DNA of 64,000 nt from an uncultured Thermoleophilia bacterium (GTDB taxonomy: Bacteria; Actinomycetota; Thermoleophilia; UBA2241), in NCBI GenBank assembly GCA_963702475.1, contig CAVPCT010000003.1, positions 64,001-128,000 on the forward strand, written 5' to 3'. A program made the position numbers and the translations under genes. Under the pieces are notes generated by a model that saw only the letters and a program-made list of their open reading frames with translations, was not told where the DNA came from and ran no database searches. Shown in pieces: positions 20,752 through 28,920 of the stretch (position 1 is its first letter; each line of letters begins with the position of its first letter).

Positions 20752-22386
20752 GTGAACGAAGCGGTCCACGACGGCTTCTGGCTTCCACAGGGGATCCGCG
20801 ACCGGGTGGTCAGGGATGCGGACTGGGTGACCGTGCGCCTGAGCGGGGGCTCCCTTCGGGAGGAAGCGCAGGGCCACAGTGCGGCGACCGGCGACGCCGG
20901 CGCCGGCGGAGCACCGGCCGCGGCGGCTTGCGCCAACCCAGGCATCGCCGTCCGCTGGCCGCGTCTCTCCGCCTCCGGCTGGAGCGACCTCCTGGCCGCC
21001 CTCCGCGCGGCGCGCCGCGTCGGCGGGGACGAGGCGGCGGAGCGGTGGCAGGCGGCCCTGCGGCAGGTGATGTCCCGCCTGACCGCCGACCTGCCCGAAC
21101 GTCTGCCGCTGCTGTCCGCGGCCACGGGGTACGCACCCGAGATGCTCGTCGCGTCCCTGACGGGCGGCGATCTCGTCGACCCGGGCTCTCTGCGTCCGGC
21201 CCTGGACTTCCGCCCGGGATGGGGCGCTGCGTCGGCCTGGGTGCGGCACCCGTCGCTCGGCGGCCGCGTGCGCTTCTTCCCGCACGGCCTCCTCGGACGG
21301 GTGTGGACGGCTGCCGGCGGGGATGCGCCCCTCTTCCGGCCTGCTCCGCGTACCGGTCTCGCCGTGTGCTTCGCGGCCGGCAACGTGCCAGGGACCGCAC
21401 TCGTGCTGGCCCTCATGGGCAGCCTCGCGAACCACGCGGACGCGGCCGGCGCCCTGGCGCCGGCCGTGCTCGTGCGCAACAGCCGCCACGAGCCGCTGTT
21501 CACCCCCTGGGTCCTCACCGCCGTGGAGCGCGTGGACCCGGAGCTCGTCGCCGCCGTCGCGGTGACGGTGTGGGACTACGAAGACCTCACCCTGCAAGGG
21601 CGGCTCTTGCGCTCGGCCGGACTTCTGCTGGCGGCCGCCGACGACGGCACCATCGCCTCGCTCGACGCGCTGCGCGAGCGCGAAGCTCCCCGGCTGCGCT
21701 TCCACCGTCATGGACACAAGTTCAGCTTCGCGGTGCTCGGCAGGGACTGGGCGACGCACCCGGAGGCGCCTCGCCTGGCGGCCCTCGACTCCTGCTTCTG
21801 GGACCAGAACGGCTGCCTCTCCGCACGCGTGCACTTCGTCGAGGGCGACGCGCCGGCGTACGCGGAGGCGCTCGCCGTCGAGATGCGGGCGCTGGCCGCG
21901 GAACTGCCCCGCGGCGCGACGCCCGCACGCTTGACCCACCGGGCCTTCGACGGCTTCGCGGCCCTGGCCGGCGACGGCGCGGTGCGGCTTTGCTCCTCCT
22001 ACGACGACCAGTTCGCCGTCGCCCTCGACGGCCGCGCCTGGCGGCCCGAGTCGCTGCGCCGCGCTGTGAACGCCTGCCAGGGCCGCGTCGTCGTCGTGCG
22101 GCCGGTGCGCGACATAATGGACGTCCCGGTGCTGTTGGGGGCCTTGCCGCCGGGCAACCTGCAATCGCTGTGCGTTCTCGCTGCGAAGGACCGCGTCGAA
22201 CCACTGGCGGCGGCGGCCGGGGCCCGTGGCGTCACGGCGGTGCGTGCCATCGGACGCGGCGCCTTTCCGCAGCTCGCCTGGTCGTGGGACGGCTTGCTGC
22301 CGGCGGACGTCTGCTGCGTGCGTCCCGGCGGCCGCTTCACCTCGATCGAGCCCGACCTCCTCGGACCCGTTGAGGAGCGCTCGTGA
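20752..22386 (+). CDS. luxC: LuxC-like acyl-CoA/acyl-protein reductase (ALDH superfamily)
   Basis: FAAGNVPG, HGHKFSFAV, D..FWDQNGCLS (catalytic Cys), LQS, C-terminal WDG..P; directly follows the luxE-like gene. Confidence 0.85.
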   Translation: MNEAVHDGFWLPQGIRDRVVRDADWVTVRLSGGSLREEAQGHSAATGDAGAGGAPAAAACANPGIAVRWPRLSASGWSDLLAALRAARRVGGDEAAERWQAALRQVMSRLTADLPERLPLLSAATGYAPEMLVASLTGGDLVDPGSLRPALDFRPGWGAASAWVRHPSLGGRVRFFPHGLLGRVWTAAGGDAPLFRPAPRTGLAVCFAAGNVPGTALVLALMGSLANHADAAGALAPAVLVRNSRHEPLFTPWVLTAVERVDPELVAAVAVTVWDYEDLTLQGRLLRSAGLLLAAADDGTIASLDALREREAPRLRFHRHGHKFSFAVLGRDWATHPEAPRLAALDSCFWDQNGCLSARVHFVEGDAPAYAEALAVEMRALAAELPRGATPARLTHRAFDGFAALAGDGAVRLCSSYDDQFAVALDGRAWRPESLRRAVNACQGRVVVVRPVRDIMDVPVLLGALPPGNLQSLCVLAAKDRVEPLAAAAGARGVTAVRAIGRGAFPQLAWSWDGLLPADVCCVRPGGRFTSIEPDLLGPVEERS

Positions 22387-22578
22387 GTGTCAAGGGCTGC
22401 CTGAGGACCGCTGACTGGGTGCTCCCATGCGGGCGCCCCCAACGTTTTGCCGCAGGTGGTAGCGGGTACGTCCGGGGCCTTACGTGCGCGGTGGTGGGCG
22501 GCGTCACGAGCCGTCGGCAAAGCCGTCACCGTCGGCACACGACTCCTGAAGGTGCTCTCGAACAGTGAGGAAGGAGGA

Positions 22579-23112
22579 ATGACGATGTCGAGACCTGTGC
22601 ATGCGAGCCACGCCGGAGTCCTTGCGGTCGTCATCGTGCTCGCCCTGGGAGCGGTGGGCGCAGCGTGCGGCGGGGAGGAGGAGAGCAGCAGCCCTGCACC
22701 CAGCAGCACCTCTGTGCCGTCCGCGAGCCCGAGCCCGGGCGAGTCGGCGCTGTCGGGCGACGAGGCGGAGATCGCGGCCAACTGGGAGGCCTTCTTCGAC
22801 GGGACCACGCCGGCCGACCGCAAAGTAGAGCTCGTGCAGAACGGCACGCAGTTCGCGGACGTGATCGGGGCGCGGGCGGACTCGCCCTTGTCGCAGTCGA
22901 CGACGGCGAAGGTGTCGGCGGTGACCATCACATCCGACACCGAGGCGGACGTGACGTACTCCATCCTCATGGGCGGTCAGGTCGTGCTTCCCGACCAGAC
23001 CGGACAGGCCATCCGGGAGAACGGCCTGTGGAAGGTCGGAGCCGAGAGCTTCCAGGCGCTTCTCGCGCTCGAGGGAGCGTCCGGCGCCCCCTCACCTGGC
23101 GCGTCGCCCTGA
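22579..23112 (+). CDS. Lipoprotein (MTB12/Cfp2-like actinobacterial family)
   Basis: Lipobox-like GAAC after a hydrophobic stretch; Ser/Pro linker; NWEAFFD..TPAD.K..LVQNG; G.A...NG.WKV; RBS AGGAGG. Confidence 0.7.
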   Translation: MTMSRPVHASHAGVLAVVIVLALGAVGAACGGEEESSSPAPSSTSVPSASPSPGESALSGDEAEIAANWEAFFDGTTPADRKVELVQNGTQFADVIGARADSPLSQSTTAKVSAVTITSDTEADVTYSILMGGQVVLPDQTGQAIRENGLWKVGAESFQALLALEGASGAPSPGASP

Positions 23113-23175
23113 GCGTACGACCGGACGACGCACGGTCCAGCTCCAGCGCATCGCGCGACCGGCTGATGGAGATAG

Positions 23176-24789
23176 ATGGCTGCGCATGAGGGTCTGATCC
23201 AGACCTACGGGGGGGTGCGAGGGCGCGCCCTCATGGTCGTGTGCGGGGTCCTGTTCCTCACCTTCCTGGACACGACCATCGTCAGCGTCGCACTCGCCGA
23301 CATGCAGACGACGCTGCACGCCGGCGTTCAGTCCCTGCAGTGGGTGGTCAACGCTTACGCCCTGGTCTTCGCAGGGCTCATGCTCGGCATGGGCACCGTG
23401 GGCGACCGGTTCGGGCGCAAGAGGGTGATGCTGGCCGGAGTGGGCGTCTTCACCCTGGGCTCGGTGCTCGGCGCGGTCGCGCCGAACGTGGAGCTCGTCA
23501 TCGCCTCGCGCGCGATCATGGGCGTGGGGGCGGCGGCGTGCGAGCCGGGTACCCTGTCGATCATCCGCCACCTCTATCCCGAGTCCGGCCCACGCGCCCG
23601 GGCGCTCGGGGCGTGGGCGGCCGTCTCCGGTCTGGCGCTCGCCCTCGGCCCGGTGATCGGGGGCGTCCTCGTGAGCCTCGGGGGCTGGCGCTACGTGTTC
23701 TGGTTCAACGTCGCCGCAGGGGCGGCAGCGCTTGTGGCCGCGTTCCTGGCGGTGCCGGAGAGCGCCGACCCGCAGAAAGCGAAGTTCGACGTCGCCGGCT
23801 TCGTCCTGGGGCCGCTGGCCGTGGGCGCCGCGATCTTCGCCGTCATCCTCGGCGAGACCCGCGGCTACTTCTCCACGGGCATCCTGGGGCTCTTCGGCCT
23901 CAGCGTCGTCCTGTTCGCTGCGTTCGTCCTCGTCGAACTGCGGAGCCCGGCGCCGACGCTCGACCTGGACTACTTCCGCAAGCCAGGGTTCTCGGGAGCG
24001 ATGGTCGTCGCATTCGCCGCGTACTTCGGCATCTTCTCCATCTTCTTCTTCACGGCGCTGTACCTGCAGGTCGTCACAGGCTACTCCGGCTACCGCGTGG
24101 CCCTGCTGTTCCTGCCCATGGCGGTCGCCATGATCCTGTCGTCGGTGTTCGCGGGGAGGTGGGTCGGGCGCGCCGGACCGCGCGTGCCCATGACGATCGG
24201 CTGTGTCGCCGCTGGGGCAGGCATCCTGCTCACCGAGCTCGCGCTGCTGGGCGAGCCGTCGTTCGCCGGGCTGGCCCTCTCGCTCACGCTCGCCGGCCTG
24301 GGCTTCGGGCTGGCCGTCGTCCCCGTGACCTCTGTGGCGCTGAGCGAGGTCCCGGCCGAACACTCGGGCATGGCTGCATCGGCGACGAGCACCAGTCGGG
24401 AGATGGGCTCGGTGGTCGGGGTCGCCGTCCTCGGGGCCATCGTCAACGGGTATCTCGTGGTCGACCTGGCCGCACGCCTCACGGCGCTGGGCGTGCCCCC
24501 GGCGTTCCAGAAGATCGTCAGCGACGCGATCCTGACGGGGCGGATGCCGAGCAGCAGCAGCGCCGCTGAAGCCGAGGCCGCATACGGGCCGCTGGTCATC
24601 AAGGTCATGGACGCGGCGTACGGCGCGTTCCACACGGGGCTCAACGTGTCGCTCACTGTGTCCGGCGTCGCCATCCTGGCATCCGGTCTTGTCGCGTGGT
24701 TCGCCGTGGGGCGCGCTCCCTCGTCAGTCACGGAACCGTTCGACGACGCCGACGGCGACTCCAGTGAGGCCGAGACCGCCGGGGCTTGA
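23176..24789 (+). CDS. MFS transporter, DHA2 (14-TMS) efflux family
   Basis: LDTTIVSVAL, WVVNAY, GDRFGRKR motif A, GPVIGG..WRYVFWFN. Confidence 0.93.
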   Translation: MAAHEGLIQTYGGVRGRALMVVCGVLFLTFLDTTIVSVALADMQTTLHAGVQSLQWVVNAYALVFAGLMLGMGTVGDRFGRKRVMLAGVGVFTLGSVLGAVAPNVELVIASRAIMGVGAAACEPGTLSIIRHLYPESGPRARALGAWAAVSGLALALGPVIGGVLVSLGGWRYVFWFNVAAGAAALVAAFLAVPESADPQKAKFDVAGFVLGPLAVGAAIFAVILGETRGYFSTGILGLFGLSVVLFAAFVLVELRSPAPTLDLDYFRKPGFSGAMVVAFAAYFGIFSIFFFTALYLQVVTGYSGYRVALLFLPMAVAMILSSVFAGRWVGRAGPRVPMTIGCVAAGAGILLTELALLGEPSFAGLALSLTLAGLGFGLAVVPVTSVALSEVPAEHSGMAASATSTSREMGSVVGVAVLGAIVNGYLVVDLAARLTALGVPPAFQKIVSDAILTGRMPSSSSAAEAEAAYGPLVIKVMDAAYGAFHTGLNVSLTVSGVAILASGLVAWFAVGRAPSSVTEPFDDADGDSSEAETAGA

Positions 24790-24908
24790 GGAGGGGCGCG
24801 GGCAGGCTGTCGGGAGTTGCTGCGTGCGGACCTCCGACAGACCCGGTGACGTGTCGTTGCCGCGGCGACGGTCGCGCACGCCGAAGGACGGAGCGACCGG
24901 CCCGGCAG

Positions 24909-25931
24909 TCAGCGGGCCGGCCTCCTCGCGAGAGACCATGCCACGAGGAGGCCGGCGACCACCAGCGACGCGCCCACGATGAGCACGCTCCAGCCCCAGC
25001 TCCGCAAGGATCGCGTCACCGTGTCGAAGACCGCGGCGGACGCGGCGTGCGGGATGTGCGCGGTGTCCGTGTGGTCGAGGTACGAGCCGCGGACCACGGC
25101 CAGAGCAGCCTCCAGCGCGGCCATGGCGATCACGAGGCCGGCCCCTGTGAGCACGGCGGCACGCAGGCGGTCGCGCGAGACGGCCACACAGCCCGCGAGC
25201 GCCAGCACGGCGAGGGCCACGAGCGCGAGCCACAGGCGGTCGAGCGTGACGATCAGCCGGCCGAGGCGCTGGACCTGCTGCAGGTCGAGCAGCCTCACGT
25301 CGCCCGACCTCAGGGCCTCCGGCAGCGGGTCTGGCATGGGTACGCCGGCGTCACGGAGCTTGTCCGTGACCGTGGCCGTCACGCCGGCGAGGTCCAGGAA
25401 CAGCGGGTCCGTCGTCTCGTCGTCGTCCCCGGTCTTCTCCACCGCGTCGACCAGCAGCGGGTGCGCGGCGCGGTTCGCCTTCTCCCAGACGCTCGCAAAG
25501 GCGGGACTCCCCAGAGCCTGCACGGTGAACTCCCGGGTGAGCTCCTCTACCGGCAGGGCGCCTACCAGGCCCTCTGTGAGCGCTCCGAGCTCCTCGGGGA
25601 GCGGCGAGGACGAGCTTCCCGCCTCTTCGAGAGCGGAGCCGATACGTTCGGAGAGCGCCTCAGCGACTGCGTCCTGCACGGCCGGGTCCGATGCCAGAGG
25701 GGCGACCGCGGCGACGTAGCCCTCGGTGTCCATGATGCTGGTGTGCACGTAGGCGGCGCACAGCGCGAGCGGAGCGGCGGCGCAGCCGACGACCAGGAGG
25801 ACGAGCGCCAGCGGCCCGCGCCAGGCCGCGGCCGCGACCCGCCGATGACCCTCGGCGGCCGGAGGCGTCGCCCAAGGCGGCGCGGGTGGCACCGTTGAGC
25901 CTTCGCCTCCCGTCCAGGGATCCGCACCCAC
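24909..25931 (-). CDS. Actinobacterial integral membrane protein of unknown function
   Basis: N-terminal TM, DTEGYVAAVAPLASDPAVQ, WEKANRAAH, three C-terminal TMs; RBS AGGAGG. Confidence 0.8.
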   Translation of the reverse strand: MGADPWTGGEGSTVPPAPPWATPPAAEGHRRVAAAAWRGPLALVLLVVGCAAAPLALCAAYVHTSIMDTEGYVAAVAPLASDPAVQDAVAEALSERIGSALEEAGSSSSPLPEELGALTEGLVGALPVEELTREFTVQALGSPAFASVWEKANRAAHPLLVDAVEKTGDDDETTDPLFLDLAGVTATVTDKLRDAGVPMPDPLPEALRSGDVRLLDLQQVQRLGRLIVTLDRLWLALVALAVLALAGCVAVSRDRLRAAVLTGAGLVIAMAALEAALAVVRGSYLDHTDTAHIPHAASAAVFDTVTRSLRSWGWSVLIVGASLVVAGLLVAWSLARRPAR

Positions 25932-26003
25932 AACTCCTCCTGTCGAGGCGTTCGCCGGGCGATATAGTAGCTACGATACGCCATCCGCGCCGGGGGTAGG
26001 GCG

Positions 26004-28784
26004 ATGTTCGGGTCGTTCACCATCGAGAGTCTGGACAGGACCGAGGAGTTCCCGCTGGCACAGGCACGGGTCGAGATCGGACGCGGTCCGGACAACGATC
26101 TCACGCTCCCGTTCCCCACGGTCTCCACCCGCCACGCGCGGGTACTCTGCGACTCGTCGGCGTGCCGCATCCTCGATCTGGGGAGCGCCAACGGGACCGC
26201 TGTCAACGGCGAGGAGCTGCCGGTCAGGGAGGAACGCCGTCTGCGGGACGGCGACGACGTGCGTATCGGCCCGTTCACGCTCGTGTTCCACACCGCTCCG
26301 GCGGAGGGCCGCGCCGCGCCGGCCGCGCGGCCGGGCCACACCGTGGTGCTCCCACCCACGCGGCCGCCGCGGCTCAGGGTGACCACTCCCGAGGGCTCGC
26401 AGGAGCTCCCGCTCCCGGCCGGCACGCTGACCCTCGGCCGGGACCCCGCTTGCGACATCGTGGCGTCCGCCGAGGCCGTGTCGCGGCGCCACGCCTCCCT
26501 GGAGCGCCGCGGCGACAAGTTGCTGGTGAGGGACCTGGGCAGCACCAACGGCATCAGCGTCGACGGCGTGCTGGTGCCCGAGAAGCTCCTCGGCGACGGT
26601 GGGCAGGTCGCCATCGGCAAGAGCGTCACGCTCACCTTCCTCGCGGCTGAGGACGTCGCGGCCGAGGCGCCGGGCTATGCGGGCTGGGCGGCCGGCGCCG
26701 AGCCTCAGGCGCAGGTCTACGACATCGGGGAAGGCCAATCGCTGCAGCTCGGCCGCGGCGCCGAGACCGTCGTGCACCTCGCCCACCCGCAGGTCTCCCA
26801 GCTGCACGCGGAGGTGAGCCGGCAGCAGGGACAGGTCGTCATCCGCGACAAGGGGAGCAGCGCCGGTACGTTCGTCAACGGGCAGCAGGTCGTCGAGCGG
26901 GTGCTGCACGAGGGTGACGTGGTGCGCATCGGTCCAAACCAGCTCGTCATCCGCGACGGTCGCCTGCAGCTGATGAGCGAGGAGGGCCGGCTCCGCCTGG
27001 ACGCCTTCCACCTCGGCAAGACCGTCGGTAAGGAGAAGAAGAAGATCCTCCGCGACATCTCGCTGTCCATCAGGCCTCAGGAGTTCGTCGCCGTGGTGGG
27101 GGGCAGCGGCGCCGGCAAGTCCACCCTGGTCACGGCGCTCTGCGGTTTCAAGCCCGCCACGGAGGGCGCCGTGCTGCTCAACGGCGCCGACCTGTACCGC
27201 AACTTCGACGCGTACCGCAACGAGATGGGCTACGTGCCGCAGGACGACATCATCCATCTCGACCTCTCGGTCCGCAAAGCGCTCGACTACGCCGCCCGCC
27301 TGCGCCTGCCGGCCGACACCACCGAGGCCGAACGGCGGCAGCGCGTGGCCGACGTGATCGACGAGCTCGACCTCAAGAGCGCCGCCGACACCACCATCCG
27401 CTCACTCAGCGGGGGGCAGCGCAAGCGCGCCTCCATCGGCGTTGAGCTGCTCACGCGGCCGAGCCTCTTCTTTCTGGACGAGGCCACGTCGGGTCTGGAC
27501 CCGGCCACCGAGAGCCAGATGATGAAGCTCCTGCGCAAGCTGGCCGACCAGGGGCGCACCATCATCCTCATCACGCACGCCACCAAGAACGTGATGGTGT
27601 GCGACAAGGTCTGCTTCCTGGCGCGCGGCGGCTACCTGGCCTTCTTCGGCCCGCCGGAGGATGCGCTCGCCTACTTCGGCGTCAAGGACTTCGACGAGAT
27701 CTACGAGCGCATCGAGGCGGGCGCCACGCCCGAGGAGTGGGCGGCGCGGTACCTGCGCTCCCGGGAGTGCCAGGACAACGTCGTCACGCCGCTCACCGAG
27801 GTGGCCAAGGCGTGGACGCAGCCCGGCGGCGCGACCGGCGGCGGGGACGGGCGCGGGACCGCCGCGCCACTCGCCGCCGCCCCCGGCGCCAAGGTGCGCG
27901 CGACCTCCGGCTGGGACCAGTTCCTCATCCTCTCCAGCCGGTACCTGCGCATCGTCATGAGCGACAAGAAGACGCTGATCCTCCTGCTCGCGATCTCGCC
28001 GGTGCTCTGCATGATCGACTTCATCACGTGGAAGAACGACCTCTTCGACCCGGTCACGGGCAGCGCGAGCAAGGCCGTCACGATGCTGTTCATGGCGTGC
28101 ATCATCGGCGTGCTCGTAGGGACGATCACGTCGGTGCGGGAGATCGTCAAGGAGGACGCGATCTACAGGCGCGAGCGCATGGTGTGCGTCAAGGTGTTCC
28201 CCTACGTCATGTCCAAGATCGCCGTGGGCTCCATCTTCGCCCTCTACAGCGCTGTGGTCCTGTGGGGGTTCAAGATGCTCGCCGTCGACTTCAGTCATCT
28301 GAGCCTGACCGGGTATCTCAGCCTGCTGTTCACCTTCGTGCTGGTGACGTTCGCGGGTCTCATGTGGGGCCTGCTCGTCTCCGCCGTGGCTCCGACCGAA
28401 GACAGAGCCATGCTGCTCGTCATCCTCGTCCTGGTCCCGCAGTTCATGTTCGCCGGGGGCATGCTCCCGATGGCCGACCTCGGTTTCTTCGGCAAGGCCA
28501 TGGGCGCGGTCACGTCCACGCGCTGGGGGCTCGGCGCACTGGCCACGATCGCCGAGGTCAAGACCGGAGCCGGCGAGGCGGCGGACATGTCCGACGTGTC
28601 GATGCCCGGACTCCAGGGCCTGGGCTCTGTGGGTGAGAAGGTGGCGCTGGTCAGAAGCCTGGACACGCAGTACGGCGCCATCTTCAACGTCAACGTCGGC
28701 TTCTACTGGCTGATGTCGCTGGTCCTGATCCTGGGCCTGGTCGGCATCATCTTCGTGCTCCAGAAACGAAAAGACACGCTGTGA
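26004..28784 (+). CDS. FHA-domain ABC transporter (Rv1747-like; 3xFHA + NBD + ABC-2 TMD)
   Basis: Three FHA signatures (IGR..VSTRHA..DLGSANGT; LGR..VSRRHA..DLGSTNG; LGR..VSQLHA..DKGSSAGT); GGSGAGKST; LSGGQRKR; LDEATSGLD; TM region. Confidence 0.93.
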   Translation: MFGSFTIESLDRTEEFPLAQARVEIGRGPDNDLTLPFPTVSTRHARVLCDSSACRILDLGSANGTAVNGEELPVREERRLRDGDDVRIGPFTLVFHTAPAEGRAAPAARPGHTVVLPPTRPPRLRVTTPEGSQELPLPAGTLTLGRDPACDIVASAEAVSRRHASLERRGDKLLVRDLGSTNGISVDGVLVPEKLLGDGGQVAIGKSVTLTFLAAEDVAAEAPGYAGWAAGAEPQAQVYDIGEGQSLQLGRGAETVVHLAHPQVSQLHAEVSRQQGQVVIRDKGSSAGTFVNGQQVVERVLHEGDVVRIGPNQLVIRDGRLQLMSEEGRLRLDAFHLGKTVGKEKKKILRDISLSIRPQEFVAVVGGSGAGKSTLVTALCGFKPATEGAVLLNGADLYRNFDAYRNEMGYVPQDDIIHLDLSVRKALDYAARLRLPADTTEAERRQRVADVIDELDLKSAADTTIRSLSGGQRKRASIGVELLTRPSLFFLDEATSGLDPATESQMMKLLRKLADQGRTIILITHATKNVMVCDKVCFLARGGYLAFFGPPEDALAYFGVKDFDEIYERIEAGATPEEWAARYLRSRECQDNVVTPLTEVAKAWTQPGGATGGGDGRGTAAPLAAAPGAKVRATSGWDQFLILSSRYLRIVMSDKKTLILLLAISPVLCMIDFITWKNDLFDPVTGSASKAVTMLFMACIIGVLVGTITSVREIVKEDAIYRRERMVCVKVFPYVMSKIAVGSIFALYSAVVLWGFKMLAVDFSHLSLTGYLSLLFTFVLVTFAGLMWGLLVSAVAPTEDRAMLLVILVLVPQFMFAGGMLPMADLGFFGKAMGAVTSTRWGLGALATIAEVKTGAGEAADMSDVSMPGLQGLGSVGEKVALVRSLDTQYGAIFNVNVGFYWLMSLVLILGLVGIIFVLQKRKDTL

Positions 28785-28806
28785 CAGAAGACGTGTGAGA
28801 GGCGGC

Positions 28807-28850
28807 GCGGCGGTGACGGCGGGGCGCCGCGCCTTGCCATTCACCGCCGC
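28807..28850 (+). terminator. Imperfect long hairpin after the ABC transporter gene
   Basis: GCGGCGGTGA...TCACCGCCGC arms with internal pairing; followed by a GACAAT -10-like hexamer. Confidence 0.4.
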
Positions 28851-28920
28851 TGCGAGACAATGGGCCGGCCGTTGAAGGGTCGCGTCGTCCGCGGCGGGAG
28901 CGACCCGGGAGGGACGTGGG

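Noticed and set aside
19350-22386. Bioluminescence operon
   Set aside because: No luxA, luxB, luxD or luxG in the window.
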